From an uncultured Pseudobdellovibrionaceae bacterium (lineage in GTDB: Bacteria; Bdellovibrionota; Bdellovibrionia; Bdellovibrionales; UBA1609): a stretch of DNA of 64,000 nucleotides. A program made the position numbers and the translations under genes. Below the pieces are notes generated by a model, which was given only the letters and a program-made list of their open reading frames with translations, did not search any database and was not told where the DNA came from. This document shows positions 51,694 to 60,785 of this stretch, one piece after another (the first letter of the stretch is position 1; every line of letters begins with the position of its first letter). The DNA lies in assembly GCA_963803705.1 (NCBI GenBank), contig CAWDNU010000001.1:288001-352000 (forward strand). The letters are read 5' to 3'.

Positions 51694-53802
51694 GTGAGCA
51701 TTTTCAGAGTCAATACATCTTTTTTTAACAAGAAAGACTGTCCTAAGAAATATAGACAGCAGCAGAAAGGACAAATTTCGGTTTTCCTTGCGTTGGGATT
51801 TCTAGTTCTGTTCACTATGTTTGGGATGACAATTAACGTCGGAATGATTGTTCACGATAAAATTAACATTCAAAACGCGGTTGATTTTACATCTATGTAT
51901 GTGGCTCAACGCCAAGCCGAGATGTTAAATGCCATTGCACATTTTAACTATCAGATAAGACAAGCTCATAAGCTGTTGTCTTATAGATACGTGGTCTTGG
52001 GGACTGCAGGGATAGCTAATGATCGAACACCTCAGTTCACAGAAGTTGATGATCCTTTAGCAAATAAATCAAACTATCCGGCTTGTGTTGCTGATGATAA
52101 AATTATGGTTTATCCATCAGGAACCAATGACCAATTTTGCAATGTAAACAGATTTAATACAGCATTCCCAGGTATTCCAATACTTAGTGTAATAAATGGC
52201 GGTTTGGGCGGCAACTTCGGGTTGCGGGCCCAGACTGTGGCAATTGGTTTGGGTATTGCCAGATCATTTGCTTCAGCAGGTGCAGTCAACTGGTGGTTTG
52301 TAGCAAACATCATGGGAAGTTACCAAAACCAAGTGTCCTACAGAAAATCTATGATAAAGGCTTTAGCCACAAATTTAACCCGGCCTATTGTTGCAGGTCC
52401 AAATGGCATGAAGGATCTTTACGAACAATCAGTTTACGAGGGGGCTAGAAAAACTTTTGAATTTAATTTATCCGAGTCTTCTAGAAAAGCTGGTGGGTTT
52501 TCAGTTCAAATCCGAAACTCTTTGGAAGGGGTAACAATAAGAGAGTGGCTTCCAGAAATCGCGACTTTTATATTACCTACTTATGCAGAATATCCGGACG
52601 TGTCAGCAACTGGAGCTACAGATAAGCTTGAGCCAATATTTTATTACCTTTATCCACAAACCTATGAGAATAATACATCTGGTGCACGGGCAGATATAGA
52701 CAGTAACATATTTAATATCGTTGACCCCTCAAGAACTCTAAAAGACATGGCTGATGAAAATTATCCACCAGGATCTGATTATGAAGCTATCTTAGGTTTT
52801 GAAAAAAACCCTTGGTATATGATCTATAATCAAGTGCAAGGTAACGTAAAATCTGGAGCTCTTTTTTCACCTGTACCTGTAATTGAGTTAAAAGCTCAAG
52901 CATTTGCGAAACCTTTTGGTGGGCGCATAGGTCCTTGGTACGGCAGGGAATGGCCCCAAGGTGCAGCAACATCATCGGATGACAAAGTAGAACCCCTATG
53001 GCCAAACAGGCGCATTGGTGCTGAAGCACCACCAACTAATCCAGATCCAAGTATATTACCTAATGCACCAAAATATCCAGGGGACCGATTGGGTTATAGA
53101 TCACTTATGGCCCAAGGTTCAACTGGACAACTTGGTGGCTCAAGCAAAACTAATAGGTTTAATTTAAATGATTATATTAATGTCACTTTTGATTTGTTCC
53201 CAGGAAGAAATTTTCAAGCTTTAGCCGGTGGCGATATGAGGCAAAAAGAGCTTTCAGCTATTGCACCGGATTTATTTGACATCACTTACTATTCTATAGA
53301 GCCCAACTTTCACGAAAACTATTTAGAAGACAAGCTAGACACGTGGTTGTTAGATGAAGCCAATCCATTTTTTCTCAGGGGACTAAGTTATTCGGGCCCT
53401 ATTTGGCGCGATTTGGGCTATTCTACCCTCCCTGCGCTTACAACTTTTAACATTAGAAATCAGTTGATCAGTCCAATAAGACAGGCTTTTTCATCTCAAG
53501 TTTTTTATTTTTTAGATGCCACCTTAGAAGGCTTAGCAAATGTTCTTACCTCGTGGGTCGGAGGTGATGAAGTCATGGATTACAGAGCCCCATCATCTGG
53601 TTCTGTACAAAATAGATTTGGAAAGTGTGAAACTTTTTTTACACCTTCAGGAAATAAGCCAAACGTTCCAGGTGAATGTATAAATAATGGTGGACGTGCG
53701 GGGTATTCAGTTAAAGTGGTATCGAAAGAATATCTACTTTCTAACCAGCACAGGATGAGTCCCAACTCTACCGGAAGTATTTTAAATCCACCCATTGAAT
53801 AA
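51694..53802 (+). CDS. Large TadG/TadE-like pseudopilin-domain protein
   Basis: Basic leader, KGQISVF cleavage-like site, TM, INVGMIVHDKINIQNAVD Tad motif. Confidence 0.72.
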   Translation: MSIFRVNTSFFNKKDCPKKYRQQQKGQISVFLALGFLVLFTMFGMTINVGMIVHDKINIQNAVDFTSMYVAQRQAEMLNAIAHFNYQIRQAHKLLSYRYVVLGTAGIANDRTPQFTEVDDPLANKSNYPACVADDKIMVYPSGTNDQFCNVNRFNTAFPGIPILSVINGGLGGNFGLRAQTVAIGLGIARSFASAGAVNWWFVANIMGSYQNQVSYRKSMIKALATNLTRPIVAGPNGMKDLYEQSVYEGARKTFEFNLSESSRKAGGFSVQIRNSLEGVTIREWLPEIATFILPTYAEYPDVSATGATDKLEPIFYYLYPQTYENNTSGARADIDSNIFNIVDPSRTLKDMADENYPPGSDYEAILGFEKNPWYMIYNQVQGNVKSGALFSPVPVIELKAQAFAKPFGGRIGPWYGREWPQGAATSSDDKVEPLWPNRRIGAEAPPTNPDPSILPNAPKYPGDRLGYRSLMAQGSTGQLGGSSKTNRFNLNDYINVTFDLFPGRNFQALAGGDMRQKELSAIAPDLFDITYYSIEPNFHENYLEDKLDTWLLDEANPFFLRGLSYSGPIWRDLGYSTLPALTTFNIRNQLISPIRQAFSSQVFYFLDATLEGLANVLTSWVGGDEVMDYRAPSSGSVQNRFGKCETFFTPSGNKPNVPGECINNGGRAGYSVKVVSKEYLLSNQHRMSPNSTGSILNPPIE

Positions 53803-53814
53803 TTTTTTTTAGGA

Positions 53815-53987
53815 GTTTTTATTTTGGAAACTTTCTTTTTCTTACCTTCAAAATATAGGGCGAGCTTTGGACACTTGACTTGCAAACAATAATTTTTTTT
53901 ATTTTTTTAGATTTGTATATGCAAGTCTTCGCGCCAAAGAGCCCTATATTTTGAAGGTAAGAAAAAGAAAATTTCCAAAATAAAAAC
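53815..53987. repeat. 173-bp palindromic element with 47-bp inverted arms
   Basis: 53815-53861 versus 53941-53987: one mismatch; inner CTTTGG/CCAAAG and GACTTGCA/TGCAAGTC pairs. Confidence 0.92.
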
Positions 53988-53991
53988 ACTA

Positions 53992-54116
53992 GGGCCTGTT
54001 GAAAAAGTATTAGATTCTAGGCGTCCAAGCTTAAAATCGAATGAGTCGTAGTTTATCTACGTCGAATGAGATTTAAGCGAAGGCAACAACGAAGATGATG
54101 CTTTTTCAACAGGCCC
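53992..54116. mobile_element. MITE-like element with 16-bp terminal inverted repeats
   Basis: GGGCCTGTTGAAAAAG ... CTTTTTCAACAGGCCC; inner stems GCTTAAA/TTTAAGC and CGTAG/CTACG. Confidence 0.6.
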
Positions 54117-54442
54117 ACTTAAAAAAATAACGAAATATGGTTTGGCATGCTCAAACAATAACAGGTGCATTTTAGTGTTAGGTTTAGTGAGCTCATCTTT
54201 TCTACATAGGTTATTTCTGTAACGCGCGTAAATCGCCATTCTTAAAGAAATTCAGGAGCTAGCTCCTTAAACAAAAGATCGTGATCAGTTAGTGCAATAG
54301 ATTTACAACTGTTTTACGACTGTGACCAAAGTGTGAGGTTTTATAAATTTTTTTATCTAAATGTCTCAATATGAAATAAATTTGTTATTTGAACTTATAC
54401 TGACTGGCTTTAGGTCCGAAAAGATAATTGAAGGTGAATCTT

Positions 54443-55702
54443 ATGGAAATAAAGAACTTAGTTCTATTGCTTGTTTTAGTTTTTGGATTCTCGGACGTGT
54501 CGGCACAAGATTCAGTCGCAGCTGTGACTTCTAATCTTGAAGGTGCGGTTGCAAAGCCAATCGAAACAACACCTAAACAAAAAATGATTAAAAGCGATGG
54601 AAGTCCCTTAGAAAATTGCAGCGGGACAGCTCAGCAAGCTGTAAGAGAGTGCCTTTCGCCATCTAGTGGCGGAATGAAAAAAGCCGCACAGATGTTGACC
54701 ACAATTCCTTCGATTGCAACGGCTTTTATGGCAGGTGGTGATGCAGGTAAAATGGCAAATATGTGTAAAATGACAGCATTGGCCGGAATGCTAGGTGGAC
54801 TTTTAAACGGCGGTCAAAATAGAACCTGTCAGGATGCTGCTGGCGCATGTGAAGAATCTTGTGGTCAGTCTAAACAGATTTTAACAGATGAAGCTAATGA
54901 AGCGGCAAGTTCAGGTGACCAAGCTACTTACAATTTTAAAAGACAACAGATAAGTCAAGTGGATCAAACTAAAGATGAATGTATAAATAAAGTAGAACAG
55001 CAAATGCAACTAGCCCAACAGCAGCAGCAAGCTAATCAAGAACCTATGGGGGGAGCTGAAGCTTGTCAGGCAGCACTGGATCCAGAGCCTGAAGACGAAA
55101 TTGTAGATTGCGGTTTGGATCAATTTAAAGGCTACCCGGAATGTTCAACTGTATCAAAACTTGATCCTATCGATTCAACCTTTGAGCCAGGGATTGCGCT
55201 GGGTAGCGACCCAGCAGAAATTGATCTTCCTGAAGCTGATGATCGCGAAGAATACTGGAACAGCTTAAAGAATAAGGCTGGGGGTGGCGCTGGTGGTGGA
55301 TCTGGAATGGGAGCCGGGGCCGGGGCTTTGGGTGGCGGTTCTAACGGTGGGTCGGGATCAAAATCAGACGGACAATCTGGGGGGGGCCGAAGAAAGTCAG
55401 GCTCTGCAATGGTATCTGGTGGTACGGCGACTTCGGGTTCAAATTCAGGTTGGAACACAGGAGATTCTGATTTTAATAAAAAGTTCGCAAAGTTAAAAGC
55501 TAAGAAAAAAGGTTTAAAAATGTTAACCAAGAAAAAACTAGGTGGTCGTGGCTTGGCCGGTAGTGAATTTGCCATGGCTTCAGAGGACATATGGACCCGC
55601 GTTTATTTAAGAACAAATACAAGGTGTACAAAGCAATTAACAGATTGCAACGCCAATAAATCTAAAAACCCTTATGGTAAAAATATCACGGAGTCTTTAT
55701 GA
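54443..55702 (+). CDS. Hypothetical secreted Cys-rich protein with Gly-rich region
   Basis: Signal peptide, many Cys, hydrophobic Gly/Met helices, Gln run, GGAGGGSG tract, basic tail. Confidence 0.78.
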   Translation: MEIKNLVLLLVLVFGFSDVSAQDSVAAVTSNLEGAVAKPIETTPKQKMIKSDGSPLENCSGTAQQAVRECLSPSSGGMKKAAQMLTTIPSIATAFMAGGDAGKMANMCKMTALAGMLGGLLNGGQNRTCQDAAGACEESCGQSKQILTDEANEAASSGDQATYNFKRQQISQVDQTKDECINKVEQQMQLAQQQQQANQEPMGGAEACQAALDPEPEDEIVDCGLDQFKGYPECSTVSKLDPIDSTFEPGIALGSDPAEIDLPEADDREEYWNSLKNKAGGGAGGGSGMGAGAGALGGGSNGGSGSKSDGQSGGGRRKSGSAMVSGGTATSGSNSGWNTGDSDFNKKFAKLKAKKKGLKMLTKKKLGGRGLAGSEFAMASEDIWTRVYLRTNTRCTKQLTDCNANKSKNPYGKNITESL

Positions 55703-56547
55703 TGTTTTCAAAAACTATAATCGCGATACTGATGCTTTTTTCTGGATTTAACGCACAAGCAGCCGCATCGAATTCAATGAACAGCACTGGAATTCAAGAA
55801 GCTGTTAATTCTGGAGCAAACGGTGCTTATGGATCTGAAAAAGCTGCTCGTTGCAGCAGTAAACGGTATCATAACTGTATTAAAGCTGCCTTAGGTTTTG
55901 CTCAAATGGGGATGAGTTTGATGCAGATGATGCAAACTATGGGATCCAGGGATTCTTTGTCACCAGGCACAGACTGGAGAAACACGGCCTTAGTAAATGA
56001 CTTCGGACCTATCTCACCAGGTGATGCAAACTTTATGGATCCGGTTATGGATGCTATTCGCAGTGGTACTTACGCAGATTATTTAGTTGCCCAAAAAAAA
56101 TTAACAGATCTATCCCAGCCGAGCATAGATCTGTTGGCGCAAAATGGTGTAACTTTTGACGCACAGGCTGGGACTATTACAACTTCAAATGGCACTCAAA
56201 ACTTATCTGATTTGGCTTCACTAGGCGCGGACGGAAATATAGCTGCCTACGAGGACAGGCTGATCAAGGCCATGGGATTAGACACAAGCGGCGGCGGTGG
56301 CTTGATTATGGCTAGTAGCGGTGCTGCTAATGGAGCGTCAAATCGGTCGTTGTCATCAGTTGATTCAGGTTTATCAGTGGACAGCTTTCTAAGTAATTTA
56401 GACAAGGGCAAAGTTGATCAAAATAAAGTAGCTGGGTTATCTACTAACACAAAAGATGGCACCCCAATCGGAGTTTCAATGGGTAATCTTTTTAGAACTA
56501 TGCAATTAAAATATGATAATTTAGAGACTAATAAAGAGTTTAAATAG
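55699..56547 (+). CDS. Hypothetical secreted protein, partner of the upstream gene
   Basis: ATGA overlap, signal peptide (AQA), C..C plus hydrophobic Met-rich helix. Confidence 0.78.
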   Translation: MMFSKTIIAILMLFSGFNAQAAASNSMNSTGIQEAVNSGANGAYGSEKAARCSSKRYHNCIKAALGFAQMGMSLMQMMQTMGSRDSLSPGTDWRNTALVNDFGPISPGDANFMDPVMDAIRSGTYADYLVAQKKLTDLSQPSIDLLAQNGVTFDAQAGTITTSNGTQNLSDLASLGADGNIAAYEDRLIKAMGLDTSGGGGLIMASSGAANGASNRSLSSVDSGLSVDSFLSNLDKGKVDQNKVAGLSTNTKDGTPIGVSMGNLFRTMQLKYDNLETNKEFK

Positions 56548-56698
56548 CATTTTAAAATTCAATTCAGTTTTTTAAACCTAACTTTTTAATTTGGCTTTCT
56601 GATCTAGGGTTAGGTTAGATAAGTCAGAGGTTCAACCTTTACAGCCTTTACAATTTTCACCATATTGGTACTCTTAATAAAGTAGGAGCACTAGATAG

Positions 56699-57784
56699 AT
56701 GAATGTCTTAGGAATTATGAGCGGTACAAGTGTTGACGGTGTTGATTATATATTATGTAAATCCACCAAAAATCGAAGTAAACTTAAATTTCAAGATCAA
56801 GCTTTTATAAAATTTCCTGAACGGTTAAGAGATAAAATACTAAAGGCTGCTTCAAACGAATTAGATTTCCAAACTGTGGGTTTACTTCATTACGAGCTGG
56901 GAAAATTCTACTCTGAAAATTTAAAAAAAGTAAAAATTAAAAAAAATTGGTCGTTTGATTTGATTGGTCTCCACGGTCAGACTGTATTTCATTCACCAAA
57001 GAAAAGCACAATTCAGATTGGCGACGCCAATTTTCTGAAAAAAGACTTTGGTAAGCCGGTGGTTTCTCAGTTCAGAAATATGGATATTGCTTTAGGCGGT
57101 CAAGGTGCTCCATTTGCACCATTTTTTCACAAAGAGCTTATGAAAAAAGAGAAGAAAACCTGGTGTTTTCAAAACTTGGGTGGCATTGGAAATGTAACCA
57201 GTATCCAAAAAAATAAGCTTGTTGCTTTCGACACAGGTCCAGCTAATCTTCTAATTGATTTCTATATGAATAAGTTATTTAGAAAAGATTACGATAAAAA
57301 TGGAAGAGTTGCATCTAAAGGTCTGCCCCATGAAGAGATTATCCGTACGCTATTAAATCAAATATCATATTTCAAGCTTAAGCCTCCTAAAAGTTGTGGA
57401 CGCGAAAATTTTTCGGCTCTAGTTCTGATTAAAGAATTAAAATCATTAGAAAAAATATCAAAAGAGGATCAGATTGCAACGCTTACAGAATTTACTGCTA
57501 GATCAATAAAAGACCAATATGCAAGATTTTTGAAGGTGGCACCTAAAGTTATTATCCTATCAGGCGGAGGTGCGAAGAATAGTTTTATGAAAAGTAGAAT
57601 TCAATTTCATCTTCCAGATAGCGAAGTTTTAACCAGCGAACAATACTGCGGTTGGCCGGTGGATGCTATTGAGGGGGGCGCATTTGCTTGGATGGCACTC
57701 GAAAGAATAGCGCAGTCCAAAATTAAGGATTTACCCTTCGTAACAGGCGCAAAATCGGCGAGCACCCTTGGCTCCATCACTTAG
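56699..57784 (+). CDS. anmK: Anhydro-N-acetylmuramic acid kinase
   Basis: GIMSGTSVDGVD, HGQTVFH, GGQGAP, NLGGIGN, FDTGPAN, PPKSCGRE. Confidence 0.95.
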   Translation: MNVLGIMSGTSVDGVDYILCKSTKNRSKLKFQDQAFIKFPERLRDKILKAASNELDFQTVGLLHYELGKFYSENLKKVKIKKNWSFDLIGLHGQTVFHSPKKSTIQIGDANFLKKDFGKPVVSQFRNMDIALGGQGAPFAPFFHKELMKKEKKTWCFQNLGGIGNVTSIQKNKLVAFDTGPANLLIDFYMNKLFRKDYDKNGRVASKGLPHEEIIRTLLNQISYFKLKPPKSCGRENFSALVLIKELKSLEKISKEDQIATLTEFTARSIKDQYARFLKVAPKVIILSGGGAKNSFMKSRIQFHLPDSEVLTSEQYCGWPVDAIEGGAFAWMALERIAQSKIKDLPFVTGAKSASTLGSIT

Positions 57785-57814
57785 CACCTAAGTGCACCTA
57801 AGTGTGGGGAATAA

Positions 57815-58672
57815 CTAAAGGGATCTTAAGATCTGCTGTTCAAAGCTATTCTTGTAGGGGTAGTGATTTGGATGGGTCGACCTAAAGTAGGCGTGGGTAC
57901 GAGTGAAGGAATTTTCAATATTGTCATCTAAGTATTTAGATAGAAGCAAGTGATTGGTTTTATAATCCTTGATGGTCCCAAGTTCATACCAAGACACGTC
58001 TATAAGATTTTCAATTTTGACGTTCTGTCGTTCTGTCTGAGGTAACTTTAGTAAAATATCATATATCAAATTATCGGGTTTATCTGAAATAAAATTAAAT
58101 ATCCTATTGGAAAAAATATAGCAGCCAATAAAATGATGGAATTGAGATAAAGATAAATTAGGATCTGTATCTTGTTTCTTTGTGTCTTCGACGTAACCAG
58201 CGCTAATAAGATTATTATTTTTATCTGTAGCTAAACCTGGAAAGTCCGCCCCGCAACCATCTTTTGAAATTGTAAATAGAGTAGCTAACCTTTTTTCATT
58301 AATATGTTCCTTTATAGCCTTTTGAAAAGGTTCTAGACTGTCATAAATAAAAAGCGAATCTGCATTCAACACAAGAAAATCAGACTCTTGCTGCAGACTT
58401 TCTCTTGCGTGACTAAGCCCACCAGCGCTATTTAAAATAGTTTTCTCAAAATAACTTTCAGCAACTATGTCAAAGGTCTTTAGTGCTGTATCCACTGACT
58501 TCGGGTTATGGTGAGTGTTATAAACCATATTGGTAATTCCCATTTCTCTGGAAAAAAAGTAGGGATATAAAATTTGAGGTAATCCTAAAAACGGAATTGC
58601 GGGCTTAGCATCAGTTTCAGTGAAGGGTCTAAGTCGAGTTCCATAACCAGCTGCTAGAAAAAAAGCCTTCAT
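57815..58672 (-). CDS. murU: MurNAc-1-phosphate uridylyltransferase-like nucleotidyltransferase
   Basis: MKAFFLAAGYGTRLRPFT...KP; coupled to the amgK-like gene. Confidence 0.75.
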   Translation of the reverse strand: MKAFFLAAGYGTRLRPFTETDAKPAIPFLGLPQILYPYFFSREMGITNMVYNTHHNPKSVDTALKTFDIVAESYFEKTILNSAGGLSHARESLQQESDFLVLNADSLFIYDSLEPFQKAIKEHINEKRLATLFTISKDGCGADFPGLATDKNNNLISAGYVEDTKKQDTDPNLSLSQFHHFIGCYIFSNRIFNFISDKPDNLIYDILLKLPQTERQNVKIENLIDVSWYELGTIKDYKTNHLLLSKYLDDNIENSFTRTHAYFRSTHPNHYPYKNSFEQQILRSL

Positions 58673-59694
58673 AGCTTTTTGCTCTCAATATCTTGAATAT
58701 GATATTCGGTGAAAAGCATTCTTAAGAATTTGTAATCGTCTAGTTCGCCAATAATTTTTTTAGTTTTTGTGAGCGTGGGTTGGATGTGCCTTATATACCT
58801 GGTGTCCTTATTCTGATTGTAGAAACTAGAAAAACTGCCACATGCTTTTAGTGTCCTCTGTATTATCTGAATCTTATAATTTAAAATGAACTTATCCCAA
58901 CTTTGAACTACATCAGCCGACATTTTTTCATAATAATATCTTAAAAGTTGCTGCTCAATTTGTTCAGGTATGTCTACATACGAATCTCTGATTAAACTTA
59001 CTAAATCGTAGTGACAAGGACCAAGCCTAGCGTCCTGAAAATCAATAACATATGTTTGATCCCTATGAATCATAATATTTCTAGAGTGGTAGTCTCGGTG
59101 ACAAACAACTTTAGGCAATTGGCTTAGGTGTTCGCAGATCTCATCGAAATCAGAGTCCAAGCCCTTTTCGTAATCTGCACTTAGCTCCAGCTCAAAAAAA
59201 TCAAGCAATAAGTTTGTTTTCATATAATTTAGCTCCCAAAGCAGCTTAGCTTTGTCGAACTCGATATGAAAAAATGGCGCACTAGATTGCTTATCTATAC
59301 TAATTTTATGAATTTTTATGATTTCATCAATGGATTTATAATAATAGGGAAGAGTTAATTCCATATCTTGCGTTTCGTAGAACCGGCGCTCAAGGGTTAG
59401 ATCACCTAAATCCTCTAGCAGGAGGTAGCCAAGACTCATATCGTAGCCCAAAACTTTTGGAACTTGGCTGCCATTTTCACTTAAAGCATTTCGAATTTGT
59501 ATAAAATTTGTTGCCATTTTTTGATCTGATTGCGGAAATATCATCAAAATATAGCTATCTAGTAGGTTATAAACACGAACATATCGCCTGGCGCTGGCAT
59601 CTCCGGCTAACTTTTGAAACTTAACTTCGTTTATGGATATATGCTTTTTTAAAAAATCAAAAGTTGAAGGGTCTTCACGAAGTTCGGGGCACAT
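58669..59694 (-). CDS. amgK: MurNAc/GlcNAc anomeric kinase (APH family)
   Basis: LAGDASARRY, LLEDLGD, HRDYHSRN, IDFQDARLGP..YDLVSL. Confidence 0.85.
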   Translation of the reverse strand: MCPELREDPSTFDFLKKHISINEVKFQKLAGDASARRYVRVYNLLDSYILMIFPQSDQKMATNFIQIRNALSENGSQVPKVLGYDMSLGYLLLEDLGDLTLERRFYETQDMELTLPYYYKSIDEIIKIHKISIDKQSSAPFFHIEFDKAKLLWELNYMKTNLLLDFFELELSADYEKGLDSDFDEICEHLSQLPKVVCHRDYHSRNIMIHRDQTYVIDFQDARLGPCHYDLVSLIRDSYVDIPEQIEQQLLRYYYEKMSADVVQSWDKFILNYKIQIIQRTLKACGSFSSFYNQNKDTRYIRHIQPTLTKTKKIIGELDDYKFLRMLFTEYHIQDIESKKL

Positions 59695-59763
59695 AAAAAA
59701 AGTCTAAGCTCTGTTAATATAAGAGACAAGAGGTTTGTGCTTTAAATAAGTGCGATTTAATTA

Positions 59764-59844
59764 GGGCCTGTGGAAGATTCACCTAGGTTTTAAATTCTTT
59801 TGAAGATGAAGTAGTAAAAACCTAGACGAATCTTCCACAGGCCC
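59764..59844. repeat. 81-bp hairpin with GGGCCTGT termini
   Basis: GGGCCTGTGGAAGATTC / GAATCTTCCACAGGCCC (17-bp perfect) plus CTAGGTTTT/AAAACCTAG. Confidence 0.85.
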
Positions 59845-59857
59845 AAAGGGTAAAGTA

Positions 59858-60676
59858 TTAAATCAAACGACTGAACGATGTCTCGTCATCGATCGAATCA
59901 ATGATCAACCCTACAATTTCATCCTTTTTAGAAAAACTATATCTAAAATCAATATCCACCCTATGCTTCTGGAGAGTTTCTAGGAATAATCCTTCGCCGT
60001 GTAAAAGTTTTTTAAGATCAGAATAGTTGCTTGAACTTGAAAATATAACCTGCGCTCCTCTTAGTTTTTTTGGTAAATTTAAATAAAGAGCAAATAAATT
60101 TCTTTGAGCAGGGGAAAGACTTAAAATTTCTTTGATGTAAATCAACGAATCTTGCAATTCAAATAAATCACTAATCTTTGAAGGCGAAGGTGTTAAAGCG
60201 TTCCAATATACAAGACAAGTTTTTTTGCTTAAATCTAATACATCCAAGGCAATTTTGATTCCGTCAGTTGGTTCTAAACAGTTTAGGTAGATATTGAATT
60301 TATCACAAGGGTGAGAGCTAAACCTAGGTTTTGCTGTTGAAATAGCGGGTAAAAGAATATCTTTGATAGCATTTCGCACTTTATCCATAGTCTGTTTATC
60401 AATACTTTTAGAAGATTGAATTTGTAGAATTCCCCAAAGATTATCCGACTGATAAACTGGAATTACGGCTGTCTTGCCGCCTTTCAAAACTCTGTAAGGA
60501 ATTTTTTTCGTTTCGAAATATGTGAAAAGGGCAGAGTCAGTGGTAGTCATCAAAGTTTTAGTTCTGTATTCAAACGTATTCTTGAAAAGCCTTAAAAGAC
60601 TCTGCAATGCCTTCTGTTCTCCAGAAAGAAAAGGTTTTTTAGAGAATTCAGATGCTACATTAAGTCTACGTTCCAT
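59858..60676 (-). CDS. Hypothetical protein resembling a degenerate GAF + AAA (sigma54-activator-like) module
   Basis: VIPV....LWGILQI; SLIYIKEILSLSPAQR...VIFSSS. Confidence 0.55.
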   Translation of the reverse strand: MERRLNVASEFSKKPFLSGEQKALQSLLRLFKNTFEYRTKTLMTTTDSALFTYFETKKIPYRVLKGGKTAVIPVYQSDNLWGILQIQSSKSIDKQTMDKVRNAIKDILLPAISTAKPRFSSHPCDKFNIYLNCLEPTDGIKIALDVLDLSKKTCLVYWNALTPSPSKISDLFELQDSLIYIKEILSLSPAQRNLFALYLNLPKKLRGAQVIFSSSSNYSDLKKLLHGEGLFLETLQKHRVDIDFRYSFSKKDEIVGLIIDSIDDETSFSRLI

Positions 60677-60693
60677 AAATTTGGACTAGTTAA

Positions 60694-60709
60694 AGCAAAG
60701 GTTGAGCCA
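60694..60709 (-). promoter_or_regulatory. Putative sigma54 promoter
   Basis: Minus strand TGGCTCAACCTTTGCT just upstream of ATG 60676. Confidence 0.55.
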
Positions 60710-60785
60710 GAATCATAGTCCAGTTTTTTAGTTGTGAGGGTCTAAAGATCAAGATTCGTATGATCTCTAAACAATTGTAATGAAA

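Noticed and set aside
51560..51774. N-terminal extension of the 50692 ORF overlapping the Tad-like gene
   Set aside because: Head-to-head overlap is unlikely and a signal peptide lies further downstream
54057..54239. 60-aa minus-strand ORF
   Set aside because: No convincing RBS and it runs into the MITE-like repeat
56575..56616. AACCTAAC...GTTAGGTT inverted repeat after the secreted pair
   Set aside because: Short stem with a long loop; at most an ordinary terminator
57784..57803. GCACCTAAGT tandem duplication after the anmK stop
   Set aside because: Only 2 x 10 bp; no function can be inferred
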